This document shows, one piece after another, positions 32,616 to 41,374 of a stretch of DNA of 64,000 bases. The stretch comes from Bryobacterales bacterium (lineage in GTDB: Bacteria; Acidobacteriota; Terriglobia; Bryobacterales; Bryobacteraceae): assembly GCA_020847975.1 (NCBI GenBank), contig JADLBD010000221.1:1930-65929 (forward strand), read 5' to 3'. The notes under the pieces are model-generated. The model was not told where the DNA came from and did not search any database. It was given only the letters and a program-made list of their open reading frames with translations. Numbering within the stretch: the stretch's first letter is position 1; every line of letters starts with the position of its first letter. The position numbers were made by a program, and so were the translations under genes.

Positions 32616-32808
32616 CGGTGACTCAACGCCTGTATGAACCAAACGAGGGGGACGCACGTCGTTTGAGGGCGAAGACCGAACGGTGCCGGGAGGCTAAACG
32701 AAAGTATGCTTCGGCGCGCGGGAAGAATGCCCCAGGTGTGCTTGCCAGAAGTGACCCAGGCAATCCATAGCTGAGTGTCCGAACCCCACATGGTGACGAT
32801 GGATCACC

Positions 32809-33312
32809 ATGCCAAAGTCCCGGTGGAAACCGTGCACGATCTGCCGCCGGTGGTTCCTGCCCGACCCGCGAGTGGGAGCCAGGCAGCGGGCCTGCGGCAA
32901 GCCCGAATGTCAGACCGCGCGACGGCAGAAGACGCAAGCCGGTTGGCGCCGTCTGAACCCGGACTACGCCACCGCCTACCGCATTCAGAAGCGCAAGGCA
33001 AAGACAGACCCGCCAGCCGAGCCTCTGCGTCTGCCCCCTCCGTTGAACCAACTTCCCTGGGACTTGGCGAAAGATCAGTTCGGGCCTCAAGGTGCTGATT
33101 TCATTGGGGTTGCGTGCCGACTAATCCTCACCTCCGCGAAAGACCAGTTCCTCGCCTATCTCATTGATCCGCAAAGGCTTTCCGCCACACTTCCCCCTTT
33201 ACCGGAAAAGACCAGTTCCGGCTTGCCCCATACTGGACCTCGAACAGGCGGCAACGATGCAACTGGAGTTTCACCAACTCGACCGGCGCTGGGAACATCT
33301 GCGAGTCCGTGA
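32809..33312 (+). CDS. Hypothetical protein with an N-terminal Cys4 zinc-ribbon-like motif
   Basis: 167 aa. MPKSRWKPCTICRRWFLPDPRVGARQRACGKPECQTARR (CxxC...CxxxxC), then a basic region and a low-complexity tail. The 3' end overlaps the ParB-like gene. Confidence 0.4.
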   Translation: MPKSRWKPCTICRRWFLPDPRVGARQRACGKPECQTARRQKTQAGWRRLNPDYATAYRIQKRKAKTDPPAEPLRLPPPLNQLPWDLAKDQFGPQGADFIGVACRLILTSAKDQFLAYLIDPQRLSATLPPLPEKTSSGLPHTGPRTGGNDATGVSPTRPALGTSASP

Positions 33313-34390
33313 GCCGCAACGGCACCGGCGGCTGCTGGCCTCGTTGGCCGAATCGGGCCAGCAGGCACCCATCGTCGTGGTCGTATCGGAAGCCAACAGC
33401 GCCGAGCCCACCAACCAGCGTTACCTGGTGATCGACGGCTACAAGCGCATCGCCGCGCTCCAGCAACTGGGCCGCGACACCGTCGAGGCAACCATCTGGG
33501 CGATGAATGAAGCCGAAGCACTGCTGCTGGACCGCACGCTGCGTTTGAGCCAGCAGGAAACGGCACTGGAGCAAGGCTGGCTGTTACGAGAGATGGAGCA
33601 ACGCTACGGCTACTTGCTCGCGGATTTGGCGCGGCGCTTGGACCGCAGCGTGAGTTGGGTGTCGCGACGACTCGCTCTAGTCGAGTTTCTGCCAGAAGGC
33701 GTCCAGCAGCAAGTCCGCGAGGGAACCATCGCGGCACAACTGGCAATGAAGTATCTGGTCCCGGTGGCGCGCGTCAATGTCGAGGACTGCGAGCGGATGG
33801 CCGCCGCTTTTGCCACGCATCACTGGAACACGCGCGAAGCCGGACAACTGTACACAGCTTGGCGCGGCGGCTCGCGCGTGGTGCGCGCGCGGATTCTCGC
33901 CGCGCCGGAACTGTTTCTGAAAACGCAACGGCAACCACTGGCGCCGGTCGCGGCCCTGCCGCCCGCCACGCAGGCCGCGGCGTTGGAGCGCGATTTGGAG
34001 ATGGCGGCGGTTATCGTCGAACGCGCCAGCCGGCGGCTCTCGGAAGCCTTGGCAGAGATGAACGGCAAGCAACGCGATCAGGTGCAGCATCAGATCGGGC
34101 ACGCGCGGAGCCAACTGGAGCGGATGGCACAACGAATGAAAGAGGAGCAGGAAGAAACGCATGCTGAGCCAGGAACAACGAACAGCGATTCTGGAAATGC
34201 ATCGCCAGGGAGTGAGCAAACACGAGATCGCGCGGGTGTTGAAACTGTCGCGGCAGAGCGTACGCAAGGTGCTGCGCTCCAACTCCAGCACGGTTCCACC
34301 CGTTCCCCGGCAGGAGAAGGCCGAACCGTACCGGCAACAGATTCTCGACCTGCTGAATCAGTGCAAGGGGAATCTCGTGCGGGTCCATGA
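33257..34390 (+). CDS. ParB/Srx N-terminal-domain protein (ParB-like nuclease/partition family). Its C-terminal about 75 codons overlap istA in another frame.
   Basis: ATG 33257 (the ORF track has 33164). RLLASLAESGQQAPIVVV...RYLVIDGYKRIAALQQLGRDTVEATIW is the ParB-N signature (l..si...G...Pi.v......y.liDG.hR..A...lG...v.a.v), followed by an HTH-like LADLARRLDRSVSWVSRRLALV. Confidence 0.6.
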   Translation: MQLEFHQLDRRWEHLRVREPQRHRRLLASLAESGQQAPIVVVVSEANSAEPTNQRYLVIDGYKRIAALQQLGRDTVEATIWAMNEAEALLLDRTLRLSQQETALEQGWLLREMEQRYGYLLADLARRLDRSVSWVSRRLALVEFLPEGVQQQVREGTIAAQLAMKYLVPVARVNVEDCERMAAAFATHHWNTREAGQLYTAWRGGSRVVRARILAAPELFLKTQRQPLAPVAALPPATQAAALERDLEMAAVIVERASRRLSEALAEMNGKQRDQVQHQIGHARSQLERMAQRMKEEQEETHAEPGTTNSDSGNASPGSEQTRDRAGVETVAAERTQGAALQLQHGSTRSPAGEGRTVPATDSRPAESVQGESRAGP

Positions 34391-35564
34391 AGAACTGATC
34401 GCCGACGGGGCGGTGCTGTCGTATGCGGCACTGACCGCCTTCTGCCGTAGGCAGGGAATCGGGCAGAAGCCCATCGTGGCTGCGGGCCGCTATCCCTTTG
34501 ATCCCGGTGTGGAAATGCAACATGACACTTCGCCGCACACCGTCGGGATCGGCGGTCACAAACACAAAGCGCAGACTGCCTCGGCGGTGCTGTGCTATTC
34601 GCGCCTGCTGTTTTTTCAGATCAGCCCCACGTTCCAGCGCTTCGACTGCAAGCTCTTTCTCACCGAAGCGCTACGCTACTTCGGCGGCGCCACACAGCGG
34701 GTGATGATCGACAACACGCACGTGGTGGTGTTGCGCGGTACAGGCAGCGAGATGATCCCCGTACCCGAGATGGAGGCCTTTGGAGAACGGTTCGGATTCC
34801 GCTTTGTGGCGCACGAGAAAGGCGACGCGAATCGTTCGGCACGCGTGGAACGCCCGTTCCATTTCATTGAAAACAATTTTCTCGCCGGGCGCACCTTCGC
34901 CACCTGGGACGATCTCAATCAACAGGCGCGGCAGTGGTGCGACCGTGTGAATGCGACGTATAAGAAACACATCCGCGCCGTGCCGCGGGAACTGTTCGCC
35001 GTCGAGCGGTTGCATCTGAGACCGCTTCCTGCATGGATTCCGGAAGTGTACCGGCTGCATTCACGCACTGTGGATATAGAAGGATACGTCGCGCTGCACT
35101 CCAACCGCTATTCGGTTCCGGTCTCCTGGATCGGACGGCGCGTCGAGGTGCGTGAAACCCAGAACAAGGTCGTGATCGAACTCGATGCGCGGCACATCGT
35201 CACGCACGGCCGCGCGGTCACTGTACAGCCCCGGCGCATCACCCTGGCCGAGCATAAGCCACCACGCGGGGAAGGCGTCAGGCGCGGTGATCCACATCCG
35301 GAAGAACAGGCGATTGTCGCTCTTGCGCCGGAGTTGGCCGAGTATGTGACGGCATTGAAGCAGAAAGGGCGCAAGGTGGTAGCTCTTGCCTTGCGGCAAC
35401 TGCTGCGGCTGGTCAAAGAGTATCCGCGCCCGCCGTTGCTGGCCGCCGTAGAGCAAGCCGCCCGCTACGGACTCTACGATCTCGACCGGCTGGAACGGAT
35501 GATCTTGCACCGCGTGGCGCGTGATTACTTCTTATTGGAAACGGAACCTCACAACGATGACTGA
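34161..35564 (+). CDS. istA: IS21-family transposase IstA
   Basis: 467 aa. N-terminal HTH (ILEMHRQGVSKHEIARVLKLSRQSVRKVL), then a DDE core: EMQHDTS...VLCYSRLLFFQISPTFQRFD...VMIDNTHVVV...GFRFVAHEKGDANRSARVERPFHFIENNF. Confidence 0.9.
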   Translation: MLSQEQRTAILEMHRQGVSKHEIARVLKLSRQSVRKVLRSNSSTVPPVPRQEKAEPYRQQILDLLNQCKGNLVRVHEELIADGAVLSYAALTAFCRRQGIGQKPIVAAGRYPFDPGVEMQHDTSPHTVGIGGHKHKAQTASAVLCYSRLLFFQISPTFQRFDCKLFLTEALRYFGGATQRVMIDNTHVVVLRGTGSEMIPVPEMEAFGERFGFRFVAHEKGDANRSARVERPFHFIENNFLAGRTFATWDDLNQQARQWCDRVNATYKKHIRAVPRELFAVERLHLRPLPAWIPEVYRLHSRTVDIEGYVALHSNRYSVPVSWIGRRVEVRETQNKVVIELDARHIVTHGRAVTVQPRRITLAEHKPPRGEGVRRGDPHPEEQAIVALAPELAEYVTALKQKGRKVVALALRQLLRLVKEYPRPPLLAAVEQAARYGLYDLDRLERMILHRVARDYFLLETEPHNDD

Positions 35565-36282
35565 AGAACTGGAACAACTGTTGAAGAATCTCAAACTGCG
35601 GCACATGCTGGGCGTTTATGACGAGCAGTTGCGCGCCGCCGAGAAGGCACAATCCTCCTACTCGGAATTCGTTGCCGGATTGCTGCGCGCGCAGTGGCAT
35701 CACCGTCAGGATAGTGCGGTGGAATGGCGCATCAAGAGGGCAAACCTGCCGGAGCGCTGGTCTTTGGAGACGTTTCCTTACGCGCGCCAGCCAGGCGTGA
35801 ACCGCAAGCAGATCCGCGCCTTCGCGGAACTCGACTTCGTCGCCAAGCACGAGAATCTCGTGTTCGTGGGTCCGACCGGCGTGGGCAAGACAGGCTTGGC
35901 CTGCGGGCTGTTGCTGAAGGCGATCGAGAACGGGCACCGCTGCCAGTTTATCCGCGCCCAGGATCTGTTGGACGAGATGTATGCCTCGATCGCCGACCGT
36001 TCCTCGCGCCAGTTGCTGAACCGGCTGGCGCGCCTGGACGTTTTGTTGATTGACGAATTTGGCTATTTAAATCTTAAGCCCGAACAATCGAACATCTTTT
36101 TCAAGCTCATGGAGGAGCGCTATCACCGGCACTCCACCATGATTACAACGAACCTCGTCTATGATGAATGGCACAACTTCCTTGGCAACAAGCTGATGGT
36201 GGATGCGCTGCTGGGCCGCGTGCGGCACTACTGCCACACGGTGACGATTCAGGGTCCATCATTGCGCGAGCCACAAGGCTGA
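35557..36282 (+). CDS. istB: IS21-family helper ATPase IstB
   Basis: MTEELEQLLKNLKLRHM... Walker A is LVFVGPTGVGKTGLA and Walker B is LLIDEFGY. Also ...FFKLMEERYHRHSTMITTNL. Confidence 0.9.
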   Translation: MTEELEQLLKNLKLRHMLGVYDEQLRAAEKAQSSYSEFVAGLLRAQWHHRQDSAVEWRIKRANLPERWSLETFPYARQPGVNRKQIRAFAELDFVAKHENLVFVGPTGVGKTGLACGLLLKAIENGHRCQFIRAQDLLDEMYASIADRSSRQLLNRLARLDVLLIDEFGYLNLKPEQSNIFFKLMEERYHRHSTMITTNLVYDEWHNFLGNKLMVDALLGRVRHYCHTVTIQGPSLREPQG

Positions 36283-36286
36283 GCGC

Positions 36287-36610
36287 ATGCAACAGCGGGA
36301 GTATGTCCGCCGGCTGCTGGAAGCCTATCGCTCGACTCCGGGCACATGCGGCGCGGTGCGCCATGCGGATCGCTTGCTGGCGGCACAACTGCATGAACGA
36401 GGTGTGCCGCTCGAGACGGTGGAGAATGCGTTGCTGCTTGCCGCCGCCCGGCGGCTCCTGCGGCCCGAAGACTCGCCGCCTCTCGGCACGGTCCGCTCGT
36501 TGGCGTACTTCGCGCCAGTCATTGAGGAAGTGCTGCAAATGCGGGCCGGCCCAGAATACTTCCGCTACCTGCGCAGTAAACTCCACCGCTTCACAACAAA
36601 TCCACGTTAA
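36287..36610 (+). CDS. Hypothetical protein (107 aa) starting 4 nt after istB
   Basis: MQQREYVRRLLEAYRSTPGTCGAVRHADRLLAAQLHERGVPLETVENALLLAAARR... Helical with plausible coding composition. I recognise no family. Confidence 0.4.
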   Translation: MQQREYVRRLLEAYRSTPGTCGAVRHADRLLAAQLHERGVPLETVENALLLAAARRLLRPEDSPPLGTVRSLAYFAPVIEEVLQMRAGPEYFRYLRSKLHRFTTNPR

Positions 36611-36706
36611 GAAACTCCCCTTCGCCCAACCGACGCGCGCCTTCCGGCGCGGATGATACTGCCACAGCTATCCCCATCTTCCGCACGCCTCCGGCGTGGA
36701 TGATGA

Positions 36707-37798
<1,092 letters not shown>

Positions 37799-37815
37799 TG
37801 GGAGCAGGTTCGGCA

Positions 37816-38331
37816 ATGGGAAAGCGGGCAAGATTTATTTGTCTATTCGTGGCGAGTGCGGCTGTGTGCACCGCACACGAGGACCCACGCGCGGTCGCCA
37901 TGGAATGGGCAGATCATTATGCGGCCGTTTATCAGGTGCCAAACGAGCTCGTCCATTCGATCATCGAGGTCGAGTCGGCCTGGAATCCAGGTGCCGTGTC
38001 GACCAAAGGGGCTGTGGGGCTGATGCAGCTCATGCCCGCGACGGCCGTGACATTTGGGATCACGAACCGCTTCGACACCGAGCAGAATATTCGAGGCGGA
38101 GTGGCTTGCCTGGCCCGATTGCTGAAGTTGTTCGATGGGGACCTGCGCTTGGTCGCCGCGGCCTACCTGACGGGGGAGAACCGAATACTACCAGTCGGGC
38201 TCGCGTACTCGGATGCTGAGGTTTACCGGTATGTGAGCAAGGTAGCGCGACTGTACCGAGAGAAGCGTTCGAAGCGCCTTCAGGGAAAGGCTTTCGCGAA
38301 AAACAGACCGGAAGGAGGTAGTCAGCCATGA
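37816..38331 (+). CDS. Lytic transglycosylase (SLT domain; VirB1-like)
   Basis: Signal peptide MGKRARFICLFVASAAVCTA. SLT motifs: LVHSIIEVESAWNPGAVSTKGAVGLMQLMPATA and AAYLTGENR. Confidence 0.85.
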   Translation: MGKRARFICLFVASAAVCTAHEDPRAVAMEWADHYAAVYQVPNELVHSIIEVESAWNPGAVSTKGAVGLMQLMPATAVTFGITNRFDTEQNIRGGVACLARLLKLFDGDLRLVAAAYLTGENRILPVGLAYSDAEVYRYVSKVARLYREKRSKRLQGKAFAKNRPEGGSQP

Positions 38332-39434
38332 CGGTGAAACAGTGGATCTTCTGGACTCTGCCTTGGATCCTCTCGTTGCTGGATTTTGGGGGAACAGCGC
38401 GAGGCCAGACGGCGGTCCAGCCGCAAATACAACCTCAGGTCGTCGGCCGACCGATTCGAGACGGCCAGGTGACGACCGTGTTTCTGGCACCGCGTTACGT
38501 GACGGCGATCCGGATGCCGGAGCCGATCAATTCGGTGGTAGTCGGCGACCCAGCTTCGTTCTCGGCGGAGCATTCGGATCGAGAGCCGAACCTGGTGTTC
38601 GTAAAGCCAATCACGGCAAAGGCGGCGCAGACCAACCTACTCATATCGTCTGCTCGCGGCCTGCAGGCAAGCTTGCTCCTGATCAGCCGTGGCGAACCGA
38701 AGGAGGAGGAGCAACGCGGCGTGGATTTCCTGATGCGTTATAAGCCCGCCGGCCAATTCATGATCCAACCCTCCGACTCTCCCTCGGTGGTGATCCCACA
38801 AACAGTAACGGTCGGCAGCACGGCAACTACGTCTTCCGCCTTGGGTCTATCAGTTCCCATTGTGCCGGCCTCGGCGACCGCTCGCGGCGGCTCGAAGGAA
38901 CGACCAGCTTCGCTGCCGCCGGTTGCCGCAAATTCAGCGAAGGAGGACCGGGCTGCTCTCGACGATCTTCTGGACCGTCAACGGCGTGCGCCATTGCCCG
39001 TCCTATATGGGCAGAAGCCCGGTGTCTCGCCACCGGGGAAGGAACTGATTAAAACCGGGGTCAGCGAGGTGATCGATCAAGGCAGCGAGGTGGTGGTCTT
39101 GTTCTCCGCCGTGAATGTTCAGGACCATGCGGTCGAATTGATGCCCCCGCAGGTTCAGCTGGGCGGCATGAAGAAAAGCGGGAAGGTCATCCGCAAGTCA
39201 CGCTGGTCGACGGCCGAGCAGTTGCCCGTCACGGACTTCCGGATGAGCCGCCGCCGGCTCGGCCCCGGTGAGCGAACCGATGGCGTGGTGGTTTTCCAGC
39301 GGCCGTCTTTCAAGCAGTCGACCGAGACACTGTTTCTTCAGATGGCTGAGTCGGGCGCGGTGGATCGCCCGGCTCTGGCTCCGATTGGTTTTGGAATTAG
39401 CAGTCTCCGTGAGGTGACCTATGACGCCCGATGA
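38328..39434 (+). CDS. VirB9/TrbG/TraN-like secretion-channel protein (paralog 1)
   Basis: ATGA overlap with the SLT stop; RBS GGAAGGAGG. Signal peptide, then VTTVFLAPRYVTAIRMPEPINSVVVGDPASFSAEHSD.EPNLVFVKP....AQTNLLISSARGLQASLLLI (VirB9-type N-domain pattern). C-terminal beta-rich domain: VVVLFSAVNVQDHAVELMPPQVQL. Confidence 0.55.
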   Translation: MTVKQWIFWTLPWILSLLDFGGTARGQTAVQPQIQPQVVGRPIRDGQVTTVFLAPRYVTAIRMPEPINSVVVGDPASFSAEHSDREPNLVFVKPITAKAAQTNLLISSARGLQASLLLISRGEPKEEEQRGVDFLMRYKPAGQFMIQPSDSPSVVIPQTVTVGSTATTSSALGLSVPIVPASATARGGSKERPASLPPVAANSAKEDRAALDDLLDRQRRAPLPVLYGQKPGVSPPGKELIKTGVSEVIDQGSEVVVLFSAVNVQDHAVELMPPQVQLGGMKKSGKVIRKSRWSTAEQLPVTDFRMSRRRLGPGERTDGVVVFQRPSFKQSTETLFLQMAESGAVDRPALAPIGFGISSLREVTYDAR

Positions 39435-40962
39435 CCGCGTTCACGATGAGAAGCTCGAGCGAGAGCTGAGCGAGCAGGACGATCCCACGTTGACCACACG
39501 AGTGAGCCGAACTGGCAGCACTGAGGAGGAATCGAAGCCGGTGGAGACCAGCCCGGCCGACGCGCCGGCAGCATCAAGCGGCATAGTGCAACAGATCTGG
39601 TGTCGAATCAAGGAGGAGCGCGGCAGACCCAAACGAGTTGAGATCAACACCCGTGGCCAGAACAATATGGATCGGAGTAAGGCGTTTCTGGTTCTTGCCA
39701 CGGCCGTCGTGTTGTGCGGCTTTGCGTTTCTTGCACTGTTCTCTACTTCAAGCTCGGAAAAACGGGCACAGGACCGGCGGACGAAGCCCAGCTTGGGCAG
39801 GCCGGAAAGCGCAACGACGCAACAGGCTGGACCTTCTGGGTCCACAATCCCGCTGCTCAGTGCCGACCAGGGCGCCGGCGAGCAGAATGCCGAGCAACTG
39901 AGCCCGGACGACATCCTGGCGACGTCGCGCCGCGCACAGACCGGAAACCAGCAGCCGCCGGCGAAAGCGCCCAACGAGTATGCGCTGAATCAAGTGCCTC
40001 CCGTCAATGATCCGGCCCTTGAAGCGTACCGGCGACAAAACAATTACGCCTACACTCCACCGCCGCCTCCGCCGCCACCCACTGCGGTCGCAGCAGTTCC
40101 ACAACCAGTGAATGAGTCGGAGGGCCTGAAGAAATCCTCCCTTGTATTTGTGCGAAACACACCTTCGACGACCGTGATGAACGCCAGCCAGTCGACGGCT
40201 CGGCCCGCTATAGAGCGTAAGGGGGTCTCGACGTTACTGCCGACCGGAAGCCGATTGGTGGCACGACTACAGACGGCTGTCAGTAGCGCGGTGAAGACAC
40301 CGGCTATTGCGGTGATCGAGTATAACTACGAACGGAATGGGGAGATCGTTATTCCGGCAGGCACGAAGGCTGTCGGGCAGTTGGCGCAAGCCAATCAAAA
40401 TGGTCAGGTGGGCCTTCGCTTCACAGCGCTCGAAATGCCCGACGGCACTACCGAGAGCATCGAAGGCAGCGGCGTCAGCCTGGACTACGGTCCACTGAAG
40501 GGTGTCGTGAGTGGACGGAATGGGGTGAAGCGCGCCCTGGTCCGATCGATCACCGGCGTTGGGACGATGGCGGCCTACCTGGTCGGCGGCCGCGGTTACG
40601 GCGGGCTGACAGGCCCGATCGATCAAAGCGTTCTGCTGCGGGAACGGGTCGCTTCAAACATCGGCCTCGCGGGTGAGCAGGAATTGATGGCATTGGCATA
40701 CACCCAAAACGTGGTCGTCATGCTTCCGGGCAACACCCGGTTCTACATCGTCCTTCAGGAGCCGGTCACGGCGCCAAATGGGCCCGATCGGACGCCGGCC
40801 GGGGTGACGGGCGCCCGGAGCAACATCGCCAGTGTAGAAGGACAAGCGTTGCCGACGGCGGCTGAGCTCCGGGAACTGGTGGCGCTGAAGAACGAACTCA
40901 CCCGGATGTATCGCGAAGTGGCTGCCACGCGGGCACCAGAACCACCGGCGCCGCAGCAGTGA
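39421..40962 (+). CDS. VirB10/TrbI-like protein
   Basis: 513 aa. Cytoplasmic N-terminus, one TM (AFLVLATAVVLCGFAFLALF) and a Pro-rich stretch (TPPPPPPPPT). C-terminal TrbI-like barrel: LLPTGSRLVARLQTAVSS...AIAVIEYNYERNGEIVIPAGTKAVGQ...GLRFTALEMPDGT...NVVVMLPGNTRFYIVL. Confidence 0.75.
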   Translation: MTPDDRVHDEKLERELSEQDDPTLTTRVSRTGSTEEESKPVETSPADAPAASSGIVQQIWCRIKEERGRPKRVEINTRGQNNMDRSKAFLVLATAVVLCGFAFLALFSTSSSEKRAQDRRTKPSLGRPESATTQQAGPSGSTIPLLSADQGAGEQNAEQLSPDDILATSRRAQTGNQQPPAKAPNEYALNQVPPVNDPALEAYRRQNNYAYTPPPPPPPPTAVAAVPQPVNESEGLKKSSLVFVRNTPSTTVMNASQSTARPAIERKGVSTLLPTGSRLVARLQTAVSSAVKTPAIAVIEYNYERNGEIVIPAGTKAVGQLAQANQNGQVGLRFTALEMPDGTTESIEGSGVSLDYGPLKGVVSGRNGVKRALVRSITGVGTMAAYLVGGRGYGGLTGPIDQSVLLRERVASNIGLAGEQELMALAYTQNVVVMLPGNTRFYIVLQEPVTAPNGPDRTPAGVTGARSNIASVEGQALPTAAELRELVALKNELTRMYREVAATRAPEPPAPQQ

Positions 40963-40970
40963 GGAGGCCC

Positions 40971-41321
40971 ATGGGCGCGAACTGGAAACCCCTCGAAGAG
41001 AAGCTCGGCGCGCTCCGGTGCGTCGGCTTCATGTTCATGGGTCGATTGAATGGGATTTATCAGTACAAACACGGAATCAGCCGGCGCTACTTGTTCCTCG
41101 ACTACGAGGGGCGGGCCTACGAATCTGCGGGCAGGAATCAGTTTCGAGAGATCGCCTTCGAGGAGGCTCTGGAGCGGGTGGAAGAACCACTGGGAGCGCT
41201 GGGCGCAACGCTCGAAACCCCTTACGATGCCGCTTTCATCAGGCGGAAAGCGGACGCGTTGAAAAAGGCCGGAATCGAGACGTTACGTATCGTCATCGAA
41301 CCGGAAAACAGAACCGTCTGA
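40971..41321 (+). CDS. Hypothetical protein
   Basis: ATG 40971 follows GAGGAGG. 116 aa and soluble-looking (GANWKPLEEKLG...YQYKHGISRRYLFLDYEGRAY). No recognised motif. Confidence 0.4.
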   Translation: MGANWKPLEEKLGALRCVGFMFMGRLNGIYQYKHGISRRYLFLDYEGRAYESAGRNQFREIAFEEALERVEEPLGALGATLETPYDAAFIRRKADALKKAGIETLRIVIEPENRTV

Positions 41322-41374
41322 AGTCCTGTGGTGAGAGCATTCCAGATGAGGTAAAGTAGCCCAAGGAGTCGGTT

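Larger units (their letters stand above)
34161..36282 (+). mobile_element. IS21-family insertion sequence (minimum extent is istA-istB; terminal inverted repeats not identified by eye)
   Basis: IstA plus IstB with the classic ATGACTGA start/stop overlap at 35557-35564. Confidence 0.8.

Noticed and set aside
32235-32657. 140-aa minus-strand ORF with recurring KKCCWTY-type peptides
   Set aside because: The periodic peptide is simply the translation of the tandem DNA repeat. There is no start context and the composition is implausible.
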